The notes beneath the pieces are model-generated. The model was not told the origin of the DNA. It made no database searches and saw nothing but the letters and a program-made list of their open reading frames with translations. Shown in pieces: positions 1 through 12,308 of a stretch of DNA of 64,000 nucleotides (position 1 is the first letter of the stretch; every line of letters starts with the position of its first letter). This DNA is from Anthoceros angustus (taxonomy: Eukaryota; Plantae; Anthocerotophyta), in NCBI GenBank assembly GCA_010909165.1, contig MU008165.1:1488001-1552000 (forward strand). The letters run 5' to 3'. The position numbers and the translations under genes were made by a program.

Positions 1-1117
1 CGGGGCTGCCGAAGGCGTGCTGGTACAGCTTCTTATCCTTGAACGCGCCCCACACATTATAGCAGACGGGGTGCTGGTCCTTGTCCACCCCGGACATGAA
101 GGCGAAGCTGTCCAGCTCCGTCCCGAAGTCCTCCTCCAGCAGGCCGTCCGCGTTGAACGTCTTCCTCCAGATGATGGTCTTCTTCAGCATGGCGAAGGCG
201 TCCTTCACCTTGAAGTCCCTAGCGCGCAGGAATTTGAGCAGGATGACGTTGGTCCGCTCATCCCCCTTGGTGTGCAGCAGCGGCACGTCCCACAGCGAGA
301 TGTCCTCATCGATCGCCACCACGGGTTCCTCCGCGGCCGCGGCCTCCACTTCCTTGTCCTCCTCCTTTTCCTCTGTGAGGACTGCGTCGGCGGCTTCCTT
401 CTCCTTCTCCTTGGGATCCGCAGGTTCGGCGGATGCCGCAGCCTGAGGCGCAGGAGCAACCTCCTCAACCTTGGCCTCAACAGCAGCAGCCTTTTCCTTT
501 TCCTTTTCCTCTTCCTTCTCCTTCTCCTTCTCCTTCACCTCCGCCGCCGCCGCGGCCACCGCTGCCTTCACGACTTCCACCACAGCGGGCTCCTTCGCCG
601 GAGCTGCTTCCACGGCCGTCTCCTTCTCCTCCGCCTTCTCCTCTGTTTTGGCGGGAACTTGTCCCTCTCCCTCTCCCTCAGCCTCCCCTTCCGCCTTCAC
701 CTCCTTCTCCTTCTCCTTCTCCTCCTCCGCCTTCTCCTCCTTGGGAGCGGGGGGAGGGGGCGGCGGGGGCACGACGAACTCGTTGGCCTTGATGGCGGCC
801 TCGATCCTCAATTTGAACTCCTCCAGCGCCTTCTTCTCGAAGTCCTTCAATTCCGACACGACGTAGGTCTCCTGCTTGAAGGGCGGCACAATTTCCTTCT
901 CCAGCGACGCCACCGCGACCACCTCCTTGTCGGCCTCGGCGGGGGCCTCCTCCCCGCTGGCGGGGGCGACGGCGGGAGCGGGCTCAGCATCGACGGCGGC
1001 AGCCTCCGGCTTGGTCGGTTCCGGCTCGGGCGCGGGCCCGGTCTCCGGCCCCGCGGCGGGCTTGGTGGCCTCTGGGGCCAGCTCCGCGGGCGCGGCGACG
1101 GCGGTCTCGGCGGCCAT
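1..1117 (-). CDS. PATL: Patellin (Sec14/CRAL-TRIO lipid-binding protein); 3' end runs off the window
   Basis: Open minus frame from ATG at 1117. It has an E/K/A/P-rich N-terminus, then FKQETYVVSELKDFEKKALEEFK, ISLWDVPLL...DERTNVILLKFLRARDFKVKDAFAML and HPVCYNVWGAF, all patellin hallmarks. Confidence 0.92.
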   Translation of the reverse strand, partial: MAAETAVAAPAELAPEATKPAAGPETGPAPEPEPTKPEAAAVDAEPAPAVAPASGEEAPAEADKEVVAVASLEKEIVPPFKQETYVVSELKDFEKKALEEFKLRIEAAIKANEFVVPPPPPPPAPKEEKAEEEKEKEKEVKAEGEAEGEGEGQVPAKTEEKAEEKETAVEAAPAKEPAVVEVVKAAVAAAAAEVKEKEKEKEEEKEKEKAAAVEAKVEEVAPAPQAAASAEPADPKEKEKEAADAVLTEEKEEDKEVEAAAAEEPVVAIDEDISLWDVPLLHTKGDERTNVILLKFLRARDFKVKDAFAMLKKTIIWRKTFNADGLLEEDFGTELDSFAFMSGVDKDQHPVCYNVWGAFKDKKLYQHAFGSP

Positions 1118-1183
1118 GGCTTCCGGGCTCCTTCGAGCTGGCTGTATACAGCTCGCCCCTTCCTCTCAGCCGGGAACCCAAGA

Positions 1184-1408
1184 CGCAGCAGCAGCAGCAA
1201 CAGCAACAGTCGCAGCAGCAAGTGGGCCGCACAGCAGAAGCAAAATGCGGCAGCGAGGGCGAGGGAGAGCGCAGGGCAGAAGAGCAGGGGAGAGCTGGGA
1301 TGCAAAATGCGGGAAAGGAGGAAGGCAGGCGAGGAAGAAGAAGGAAAATGTTTCTCTCTCTCTCTCTCTGTCTCTCTGTCTTGCTCTCTTGGTCTGTCTC
1401 TCTCTCTT
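1184..1408. repeat. (GCA)n and (CT)n microsatellites in the patellin 5' UTR/promoter
   Basis: GCA/ACA run at 1184-1221 and CT run at 1352-1408, read directly. Confidence 0.9.
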
Positions 1409-2282
1409 GGGAAAAGGCGACGGCGAGAGCAGGGCAGTGTGCGTTAGTGTGTTGTGAGGGGAAGGAGGAGGCGAGCGGGCCAAGTTGAAGGCTCGCGGCG
1501 GGAGGCGGGCAGCGGGCAGCGTTTGTGGGCGGAGGAGGCGGGCAGCGGCAGGCTTTAATGGGGGCGGGGTGACACGTGGCGGGCAGGATGAGTCAGGCGG
1601 GCACATGCCCAGGCCCAGGCCCAGGGCTGGCCCAGCTGGCTGCTCGCCAGGCTTGGCGCAAAGTCGAGGAGGAGGCGAGGCGTCGAGGCGAGTGGGGCAC
1701 GACGGACAAGGTGGCCAGCGGGGCTGGGCAGCCCGGCAGCCCGGATCGGGCGTTTTCATGGGCTTCGGCCCCGCGCTTCCTCCGCCCCACCACCACCCGC
1801 TCGCATCACACTCGGCCAGCATGAGATAAACATTGGGCGGGCGCCCCGGCTTGCTCCACCACCGGGAATGCCGCCCCCGGGCTCGGCACTGCCCGCTGCC
1901 GCTTCTCCTCCTTTCTTTCTTCAGTCTCCTGTGCCGGCACCGGCACCGGAGCCGGCGTTTTTGGGAAATGTCTGCCTGTTTCCCTCCTCCTCTCTGTCAC
2001 ATACCATATCCTGGCTGGGCAAGTCACCACCCGACCAACGCAATCGAGCCATGCATGGCCGCATGGGCCATCATCCGGGACCGATGGCCGATGCGCGCTT
2101 CGAGTCCTGGACACGCCCGCAAAGGAGTGCCGTTGCAACGGCTCCCAGGGCTGGGGCTGGGGCTGGAATCGATTATTGAATTGCCATGCCCTTGGACTTC
2201 CTTTGCGTCCAACGGCAACCTTGGCTGCCGATTGGCGGCGCTCCAGTCCCAGGCTCCCAGGCTCCCAGGCGAGGAGGAGAGC

Positions 2283-2330
2283 CCCAGAGCCCAGAGCCCA
2301 GAGCCAGGCTCAGGCTCAGGCTCAGGCTCA
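2283..2330. repeat. Compound (CCCAGAG)n-(CAGGCT)n microsatellite
   Basis: Read directly. Confidence 0.9.
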
Positions 2331-2519
2331 TGAAAGCAGCCACTTTCAATCCCCGGCAAGCAAGTCAATCATGAGCCTGCCTGCCTGCCTGTCGCTGCAG
2401 CCCCGCTCCCCGCTCCAGATTCCTGTACCGAGGCCGGGACTCCGGGATTCCACCTGCGCGCTTCCATTCCATCCCCCTGCCTTTTTCCTACATCACCACC
2501 CGCTTGTGCCCTAGCATGG

Positions 2520-3680
2520 CTTTATGTGCATGATGAATGAACTCCTCGTATGATCCATCTCCATTGCACCACATACATAACTGCTTGTCCAACAAAACTA
2601 ATTTTAGTAAGATAAGTAACATGTGTACTTAGTCGTCTAATAAACTTGATAGATGGCAATCCTACAACTGAGCAACAAACTTGAATATGCAAAACAACTT
2701 CACATATGCACCAAACGCCAACCAACAAACCACCCAGCACAATGCCAACAAAATCCGACAACAACACTACAACTCTCGTCTGTCTCGCGCTGTCATTGTC
2801 ACTCAAGCAAATCCGGCAGCAACACGACAACCCATATGTCGTGAGCAAATCATTGGTAACAAACGGCCACATTCACCAAACCATGTACATACATGTGTAT
2901 GGTATACGAGGAGAACATATTGCTGGCAACCGTGTTGTCGCATCCACAAGTCTTGTCACTCGTGCCGCAAATCCAAAAGGAGAGTACACATTATCCTCAT
3001 AATACCGACAAACCGACATACCGACAAACTTGTGTCATGATCATCTCTACATCCATAAGGTACGGAATGTAACTCTCCCGAGCAATGATGCGGCAGATGG
3101 ATGGATGGCTGTTATGAGTAGTATACTCATCTTACACCTCCTACAAACATGTGAGTGTGAGTTGCCGTAACACTTGAGTCTAATCAGGATATTTTAGTAC
3201 CTGTCTTGGGACGGAAATTGAATATAAATATGTGCCATCCTTATCAATGTCCAAGAACATCATCATTTTTCACTTCATTCATACTCATTAGTGGGTCTTC
3301 CTCCATAGTATCGATCTTAGGGATGTTTCCTTCACACAATCCCATGGTCTTTCAATGAAATTATCCCATTTTTCTAAATATTGAATAATATGACTTATAG
3401 TACCATACGGATGTACATTATGTACTTGATGAGCTTTAACAACACATCAATGGTTCAATTATCTCATAAAAAAACCAGTCTTGTATCACAGACAAAGACA
3501 TCCACAAAAACAAAAGATACTTCATGAAGTTAACTTCACATCATAGTCCAGTTATCTTATAAAGTGAATCAGCCTTATATCACCAACACGACATCCACAA
3601 AGACAAACGATATGGAACATATATGTTATTTTAACATAAAATATTAAAACTAATATAAAAATAAAAATAATATTTTTTAT
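2520..3680 (-). mobile_element. AT-rich island, possibly a very decayed CACTA/Plavaka-like transposase remnant
   Basis: Abrupt AT-rich block. Minus-strand peptide KAHQVHNVHPYGTISH...FIERPWDCVKE (~3320-3440) loosely resembles the K-H-x-H...G...ER-H..K C-terminal motif. Many stops. Confidence 0.25.
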
Positions 3681-4032
3681 ACTAGTTTTGTGTGTGACAT
3701 CTTTGTGCCATTCTAATCATCTTCTCTTCATGGTTCCAAGTACGAGATGTGCTAAGGGGCTGTGCTGTTTGCATAGTCATCGTAAAATGGGTTGGTTTTA
3801 ATCGGCAACCTAATCTAATTAAAATAAATCCGGTTCCAGGAATATGGATGTACATAGAGGAGTCACACCAAAGTCGTAAATGATGCACCACCGCATGCGT
3901 GTAGGCGTACAACGGAAACATGTGACGGAGTGGAAGACGGGGGTGGTTGCCGTCGCCGATACGATAAAGTGGGACAGCCGGAGGGAGGATGGAATCACGG
4001 GGGCCACCGGGCACCACAGGCCACCGCAGCCG

Positions 4033-4116
4033 CACACAGCACACAGCACACAGCACACAGCACACTGCACACAGCACACAGCACATAGCACACAGCAGCG
4101 CCTTTGCCTTTGCCTT

Positions 4117-4157
<41 letters not shown>

Positions 4158-4160
4158 TTC
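4033..4160. repeat. Compound (CACAG)n-(GCCTTT)n-(GCCTGT)n microsatellite
   Basis: Read directly. Confidence 0.92.
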
Positions 4161-5379
4161 GCCCCAGGGACTCTCTCTCCCCTTCTCTCAATGGGCATGC
4201 CAATGGCGTCAGTTGGCCAGAACGGTCACCGGTCACATTGTGAAGGGAATAATCACAGCTCACCAGCGGAAGGCAGCAGAGGAGCTGTAGGCCAGGACAC
4301 CGTGCCGCCTCTCTTTTCCCATGTGCCAACTAACATAAATCAACCTCCTCTCCTCGGTGCATCCAGATCCCCCGCCCCAGCATTGCAACGGTCTTCCCAA
4401 GCCAGCCAAAGCTGCCAAACACCAAGGCCCCAGAGCCCCAGGCTCCAGGCCCGCCCATGAATCACAAACTGGAAGCCGGGCGTTGAACTTGGACCTGGGT
4501 CTCGAGTATCATCACATCACAGCCTCTCATAAGCTCTGACACTGGACCCGGCCGGACTGTCAGAGCTCGGCTGCAGGGCAGAGCAGCGGCTGGATATTGT
4601 ATATTACCCATTGGTCGACCAGGCGACAAAGGGACCTCAGGAGGGCCCCGCAGCCTGGCAAGCCTTCAAATCCCGATTCCCCCGCTCCCCTGCTTCCCAC
4701 AATTACCACCACACCCATCAACCGCGCAGCCGGATATTTTTGGGCCCCGACTCCATCCAGGTCTGATCCCTTGCTCCACCCCTGTCATCCACAAAACCAT
4801 CACTCCCAGCAGTGCCACCCTGCCCATCACAATGCCATGCCAGGCCCCCAGAGCCAGATGCCCACAGACCAACGTGCAACATTGTAATCTGCTGCACCAA
4901 AGCCACGTTCTCTGTGTGCCTCATGCCACCGTGCGGTCCATGCTCTTGCTCTTGGACCAGCCTTGCCTTGCCAAGAAAAGAAAACAGTCAGTATTACTGT
5001 AGCACGCTCCGCTGCCTTCACATGTGAGGGCACTGTGACAGTCATCGGTCTCCACTGCTCCACCAAAAGCTTCTCCCTCCTCTGTATTTCCCTACCAACT
5101 CCCCCTCCAGCCTTCACACCGCTTCATAGCTAAAGGCCGGCCCATCACCCAAGCAGTCGAAAAGACATCCGCCCCTAGCATCCCTTTTCGAATCCTGTGT
5201 CTGCTGCCGTCTTCACCTTTGATATTTTCGAGGCTGGCCCGTGCCCCGGGCTCACATAACCATCAGACAACCACCACCCAACCACCAACGCTGCCACTTT
5301 CTATAACATCATTGGATTTTATTTTTTACTCCCTTGGCCTGCTCCTGTTCCTCCAATGTACATCCATGCACGCTGGTAC

Positions 5380-5451
5380 AGCTACTGCTACTGGTCCTGG
5401 ATCTGCTGCTACTGCTACTGCTACTGCTACTGCTACTGCTACTGCTACTGC
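5380..5451. repeat. (GCTACT)n hexamer microsatellite
   Basis: Read directly. Confidence 0.92.
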
Positions 5452-5599
5452 TCTCTTGACATCACACACACATACCCAGATCAGAGCCCGCCACCTCAAC
5501 GACTTCCGCTGCTCCTGCACTCATCTAGACAGATCTATTTCAGATGACAAGACGGTCAAACTCACATCTTCATCATACATAGCAAACATCCACCGCCAC

Positions 5600-6790
5600 C
5601 ATCATCCCATCACTAGAAAAACTCCCTTTTCAACTACATAATAAGCTTCCTTCACCACAACCTGCAACGGAAAAAGCACTTTAGACGAAGAACCTCTAAA
5701 CAACACTGCTACGCATCCATTCCCACATATTAAAGGCATCTGTGATCTACAATAACAATTTGTGCAAGCTTTCCGAAGATTCTTAGAAGGAGGCACTTTA
5801 GACAAAGCTCATTTTCATGAAACTGAGGACCTGGAAAACTAGCCCACCCTACACCCAGGCAATTCGCGCCTGTTGCACACGCCAAGTTTGTGCCCCAGTG
5901 CATGAACCTACTCTTGGTCACGGGCACAGGACGCTACACCTGGCGATGCTCGATTTGCATCATTTCGCTTATCGCTCGTAATCTGGTCTTGTGCGCTCCA
6001 GCTCACATCCAGGGACTCCAAACCAGGTGCACTGTGACTGATGGAGAGAGATTCTTCGCCTCCCTTGTAAGCTGGGTGAAGGACACTGGTGATTACGACC
6101 CTTGGGCAGTGAATTCCCTGCGCTGTCCCATCTCCCACTTGTAGGCTTTCCCCCAAGGCAGAGATTAGTAAGGACTGCTGCGGGTCACTCTTCCAATGTG
6201 AACAACGCACAAGTGCAAGCAGGTGGTGGTGGAGAAAGTCTGCAAAGGTACCAGGACAAAACTGGACAACATTGAACTGGCCAGCTGGGCTCCGGCACCT
6301 CACACCCTTCTGCTCATGTGTCACAGTCGAGCACATGACACCCCTTCACAGTACATCGTAGCCATACAGCCATCTCCTGCAAGACACAGCTACCCTAGTG
6401 CTCATACACGTGTAGGAAAAACTGGCCTCCTGGACACAAGGGAAAAAGAGATTCTGTAGAACCTAACCCCTCATCCCCACACAATGGATCTACAGCAGCA
6501 CGCTAGGAGAAATGGACAAGGCACCAACTGTGCCCTCTTCACACGGACTGTCAGATGATTGCTCTGGCCTCTTCTGTCCTTGCCATGCCTGGAAGGTACC
6601 AACCATCCCTTTTCGGGCTCCTGATGAGATCAGGTCTCATCCCTTTCCCCGAGGCAGTGTACGTTCACACAACTTGGCAGCATCATCTCCGGAAAAACCT
6701 TGAGAGCCTTGTGATTCCGACTACCTGCAAGAAAGAGTACCCCTCAGCATTTGTCATCCATATACACGAGACTGTGCGGTCGCTCTAAGC
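5600..6790 (+). mobile_element. Possible decayed L1-type LINE 3' region
   Basis: Broken frames with LDEEPL, WWWRK and LLMCHSRAHDTPSQYIV, loosely like a zf-RVT C-x2-C...H region. No RT core seen. Confidence 0.25.
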
Positions 6791-7180
6791 GAACCGCAGA
6801 AAATTTGAAAACAGGCGTCGTTTTAGCGCGCACGACTCAAGTCCCGAAGGATACGAGTTTCAAGCGAACTCACCTACGCGTCTCACTCTGCCGAATCTCA
6901 GTCGGAAGAAGGCGGATGATGCCAAGCTGAAGAGTCCTTGGCTCCTGCGTTTCCGGTGTGTGGAATTGCGTTGCGTGGTCTATCAAGGATGCTCAGCGTT
7001 ACGCGGCAGTTTGTTGGAAGGATCGGAATGGAAGACATGCTCTGAATTACAGCTCCGATTGTGCATGTTGCGACTGGTGTGATAAAAAACAGGCTGTGAC
7101 ATTCGTGTTCTGATCTGGGATCCCTCACTTCTGGCAGCTGCAGAGCGTCGCCATTGCACGGCTGATAAAGCTTCTGGAAA

Positions 7181-10100
7181 ATGTCGAATGTCACAGTCTG
7201 CGTGAGGTTCAGGCCCGTCAATCGGAGGGAAATCCAGGAGGGAGGATCTACTTGCGTGCAGGGAGTACATCCGGAAACGGTCATGTTCAATGTAAATGCT
7301 ATCGTCGCCTCCTCCGCGTGTTCCTCGTAGGAGGGACAAATATTTTGGTTGTTCTTCGACTGTAGCTTCGCTGATTGCTTGGTGCAGGATGAAAGAGAAG
7401 GAGAATTCGCTTTCTCGTTCGACAGAGCCTTCTACGACGGCTCATCGCAAGCCGAAGTGTTTGAGTTCGTTGCTTTGCCCATTGTCAAAGGTAATCCACC
7501 TCCTGTTTGTTACCTCCGCAGTTCGGGCCAGGATTTTCGCCGGCAGCGGTTACCAGCCATGATGAACTTGACCTTGTGGCGTTTGCTATGCTCTATTTCG
7601 CAGACGCTATGAATGCTGTGAACGGGACCATCCTTGCGTATGGTCAGGTAACAACGGAGCCCTTCCACTCGTTGTACAGAACAACTTATGTAGGTTCTTG
7701 CAACCTTACCTGTACTTCTATTATGCAGACGGGGACTGGAAAAACGCACAGCATGGAGGTAATTTGCTGATTCCATACTTCTACAACATCAAGGTAGCTG
7801 AAAGAATGTGAAAGTTTAGCCGAGTGTCTGGTGAGAACTTCTTGGTGCAGTACTGGCACTGTCCACTCACATGGCAGAACAATGTGTGCATCAGGGCCCG
7901 AATCTCCTAGCTGGGGACCCTCACCTTAAGGGAATGTTACCTAGGGTGGTTGAAACAATTTTTAAACTCATTGCATATTCTGAGGGTCCATACGAGTTCT
8001 TCATCAAGTTATCGGTGGTAGGTGAATATGGGGAAAGTTCAGAGCACTCTCAACCTGGTGATCCTTTCCTTTCAATCCTTGTAACTGCCTGACTACGTCA
8101 TACAGGTGGAGATCTATATGGAGCGAATCAGGTGATAAAATCCTCAGATCTTCCCTACGGATAATTTGCTAGTGTTTGCAAGCTTTGAAGCCCTGCAAAG
8201 AGGCGCCATTGTGTTCATCTTGCGTCGCCGCTCTTCCAAAACAAGGGATCTGTTTGACACCACGAAAGAAAATCTCCAAGTGAAGGAAGACAAAGCACAT
8301 GGCATTTATGTAGCTGGTGCTACCGAGGTTGACTCTCTTTCTGCAGATCCCCTTGATGAGCAGTTTCAAGTTCGGTAACTCCTTGGATTTTCGTCATCTG
8401 AAACCCAACCCTTAGCTGATGATATCTCTGGAATGTGCAATGCAGAAATATGTGCAAACGGAGCAAGAGATGCTTCTGCTTCTCGAGGTGGTACATGCAA
8501 GCTATTCCCTGGTTGTCATTCTGATTAGCCCTTGCTTGTTCAGTAGTTTTGGGCTGGTTGTTCAGTAGTTTTTGGCTTCACTCATAGGTTAGCGATGTAC
8601 CTACCAGGTCGGGATAGCGAATAGAGCTGTTGGAGCAACCCGTATCCAATCCCAAGATGGATCCTGCATCTCAGTGGTTCTGAAATGTTATGTGCGAGAA
8701 GTTGCTGTCGTCTTTAGCTGAGCTTTAGAAATGAATCCCGGAAGCAGCAGAAGCCACTGTGTCTTCCTGTTCACCATTGAACAACGAAATACAGAAAATC
8801 AAAGGTGAACCGCGTCTGGCTACACCTGCTGCTCCTTCGCGGTCTGACACACTGGGCACACCATGTCTGATTCAATTCCTGTGACCAGCTTGAAACGAGG
8901 GAAGATTTTCCTTGTGGATCTCGCTGGCTCAGAAAAACTAGCAAAAACAGGTGCAGAAGGGAAGCTTCTTGACGAAGCGAAGACTATCAACAAATCACTT
9001 TCCTCTCTTGGAAATGTGATAAATGCTCTAACTTGTGGTAAAACCATTCTGATAGGCTACTTGCCAGTGTACAGCATCAGGCAAACATTGGGCTACTCTT
9101 GATTGCTCGCCTCGCAGGTAAAACGAGCCATGTACCATACCGCGATTCAAAGTTGACGCGTATACTTCAGGAGTCACTTGTAAGACGGTTGCCTTTCTAG
9201 CAACTTGTCATGTGGTGGACAATTAACCTTCTGAATGCCACTAAAGCAGAGACAAACTTGCTGACTATTTGCTGTTGCAGGGTGGAAACTCAAGGACAAC
9301 CCTTTTGTGCTGTTGCTCACCCAGCTCGTGCAACGCTGCTGAGACTCTATCAACTCTGCGATTTGGGACGAGGTAGCCCATTCATCACAGAGTACCGCTT
9401 ATTTTTCAAATAAGCAACTGGTAGAGAAATGTGGGCTCAAGGTATTCCCAGGCTTCTAGCATCAGACCGTGACTGGTTCCTGTGATGCGGGTTGACAGAG
9501 CAAAGCAGATCAAGAACAGACCCATTGTCAACACCGAAAGAGGAAGGTACGAGTTGGAGCAACTTCTAGAGAGATCTGGGCTTGAATGTGACCAGCTACG
9601 GAGTCAGGTTCTTCTACTGAATGCTCGCCTGCGCTCTCTGACTGAAGGTATGCTTCCTTCCAAAAATAACCGAGCTCCAGTTGTTTCACTACTCTCCTTA
9701 AGATCTGACTATATCTGGACTATAACGCAGACACAGGAGCTCAACAAGACCACTCTCGGCTCAAACCCTGTCCATCAGATTTGAGTAGCAGCAAGGCACT
9801 GGTGGAGTACCTGCACACCTTAGACAATGTGTGTGATGCGTGAGCGTTGCTTGTTGACACTCACAACCTCATTGCTGACATGGTCAAATGTGCCTTACTC
9901 TGCAGATGCACTCAAAAAGCAGCTTTGACATGCTCGATCAAGTGTGTTCTGCTGTGAAAGAGATGATTGCCCATGAAAAGATGATTCCAAAGTCTGGAGC
10001 ACACTCCGACCTGGACACAGGCCTTCTCACCACCGCTTTGGCAGAGATCCGCACAATGCTTATGACTGAAAAGTCCATCGCTCACGAACCTCACGGCACC

Positions 10101-10374
10101 CCTCCCTCCTGCCAACAGGATGAGACAAGCAGTGCACCAGCACTCATAGAGGCAACGCTAGAAGAAGTTGTAGACTATTGTGACCTGGTAAGGTGCCTGT
10201 CATGGCCGCTCCAGTCTGTCCACTACTCGAGCAGTTCAAAGATTGACGTAGCCCTCTTTTCAGGTCATAGAAGAGAACGAGACGCTGAAGGTTCAGGTGA
10301 AAGCATATGAGCGCCTCTTGGATGACATTGATTGGAAGACCAGATACCAAGCTTCCCATCCAGGTTTGAGATAG
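7181..10374 (+). CDS. KIN1: Kinesin-1 family motor (PSS1/AtKin-1-like), about 16 short exons
   Basis: [12 protein letters not shown] start; spliced P-loop AYGQ|TGTGKTHSM; SSRSH; LVDLAGSE; [12 protein letters not shown]; [17 protein letters not shown]|GGNSRT; coiled-coil tail. Stop at 10372-10374 inferred. Confidence 0.93.
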
Positions 10375-10731
10375 AATTTTCGACTTCCCAAGTTCAGATC
10401 CTACTATGCGACCTTCATAGTTCAAGCATTTGACACTCTGTTGTTCTTGCAGGAGAGACAACTTCGCAAAAGCTATCTCCCGTCCGCAAACCGCAAATAG
10501 TCCGTCCATTACGTGCTGGAACGCTTGCGCCTGCAGGCACTCCTCTGTTCCCTCAATGCTGTGAGGTTGGAAAAGAGACAAGCAGAGCCAAATTGGAGTT
10601 TGTCCCTGCTACTAAAATCTTCCGCCGTGGGCTGGTGCAGCTGACGGCGCACCTCAAAGGGAAGGGTGTGCAGAGCGTGAGAACATGAAGTGCAGGGAAT
10701 GGCTGCGCCCTCGTATCCGAACCCCGTTTGG

Positions 10732-12211
10732 TCATATCCGAACCCCCTTCTTCCTTTGAACGTAGACAAATGCGGAAGCCCAGCTCATTCTCCTCTCCTG
10801 TTTATCGAGCAGCTCCCAGGAACTCCCAGTGAAGTACCTTGTTACAGAAATGACGAGGGCACCGGGTCGGAGAACCTCAGTAGCCAAGTTCTGCAGGAAG
10901 AAAGGGCCACCGTCAGTGTTGCATGTGGTGTTATGGAAATGAAAAGGTCGGCATGGACTGCTGGGGTCACATACCTCCAGGTTCTGGAAGAGAGGGTCTT
11001 CAAAGCAGGTGGCGTTGGTGAAGATTACGTCAGCATCAGACCAGTCAATCTGCTGGGACAGCAGCGGTGCTGTAAGCACCCAGCAGGGGAAGATATACGC
11101 AGGAGTAGCAGAAGCCGTGTCCAGAAATTAGAATCACCTTGAGAAAATCCCCTTGCAGAAACGATATCTCCTGTTTTTGCTTCCGGGGGTGCAGCAGTGG
11201 GCGAACCTGGAGCAAACTTAGCACAAAGAAAAGATTAGCATGGGAAACGCGGGCGTGCCGAGAGCGGGGGCGTGTGGGATAGAGGTATTGCCTCTTGCTC
11301 GTACAGTCGCAACAGCGCTCGGTTCATATGATGGATGCCTACATCGCATTTCGGTGGCAGTGTTAGGAAAGAACAAATAGGTTTTTCTTTAAGGTGAAGG
11401 CGGGCTTCAACTCAAGAACAAACCTGGAACAATCTCGATGCCACAGGCCTTGACGCAATGAGCGCTCAGTAACGCTGTCATGAACACTGGGCGACCGGAA
11501 CCGCATCCGAGATCGTAGAACGTAAACCCCGGGTGGCATTCACCGTTCTCTCCATTGCGCTTGCCCAAATCCACGAATTGGTCGAGCAACCTGGCAAAGG
11601 CAACAAAACTGACCTGTGGAATGCTGTCAAGACATCCTCTAAATTTCATGTCTGCAAAGCACTCGCCATTCCACAATACTGTTACCAGGGAGGCCAGCCT
11701 GGTGATCACCTCTCCGTATATCAAGTACTTGCCGTTGTCAACCTTGCCTACAGCGTTGCGACTTGCGGCCTGCAAGCATTTCCCAGCACGCCATCATCAA
11801 GCTCCAAGCCCCTGGACCCGGATATACCACACAAGGCGAGGAAAAGCTGGAGGAAATCCAGGGCTCAAGGGTGACCAAGAGCGATACTCGCCAGACTGGC
11901 CCAGGATGGTCGCGATACAAGGACTCGAGAAGCTCGAGTGCCAGCGGCTTGGCCACATTTTCCTTCGCTGCAATTCCAATTCCCACATCCTGGGAGCTGG
12001 ATGCCAGCGCCTTCGGCGAGCGGGATTCCTCCTCGCCGGCCAGCCCTCGCCCGGAGACGGCAGCGGCTTTGAGGCGCGTGCGGATGGAGAGGAGGCGCAT
12101 GCACGTCTGAATTTCACCCGACGACCATGACGACAGCGACTTGGACGGCGATCGCCCGGCTAGCAACTCTGACTCCGATTCCGACTCCAGCCCCGTCATT
12201 GCTTCCATCAT
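10732..12211 (-). CDS. DOT1-like class I SAM-dependent methyltransferase, about 7 exons
   Basis: Spliced product contains LIYGE|VSF, FYDLGCGSGRPVFMTALL, CGIEIVP, FLQGDFLK|IDWSDADVIFTNATCF, LRPGALVIS and MSWASAFVYV, the ordered DOT1-domain motifs. Confidence 0.8.
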
Positions 12212-12298
12212 CAAGCGACCACGGCAGCGAAAGATGGAAGGCAGTCAAGGAAGGCGAGCTCGATCAATCTTGGCTTAGCTTCCGGCCAGGCTAATGGG

Positions 12299-12308
12299 AA
12301 ACCCTAAA
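12299..12308. promoter_or_regulatory. Telo-box (AAACCCTAA) about 90 nt upstream of the DOT1-like ATG
   Basis: Exact motif present; function inferred. Confidence 0.35.

Noticed and set aside
17-1447. 476-aa plus-strand ORF and overlapping ORFs
   Set aside because: Antisense shadow of the GC3-rich patellin gene plus microsatellites.
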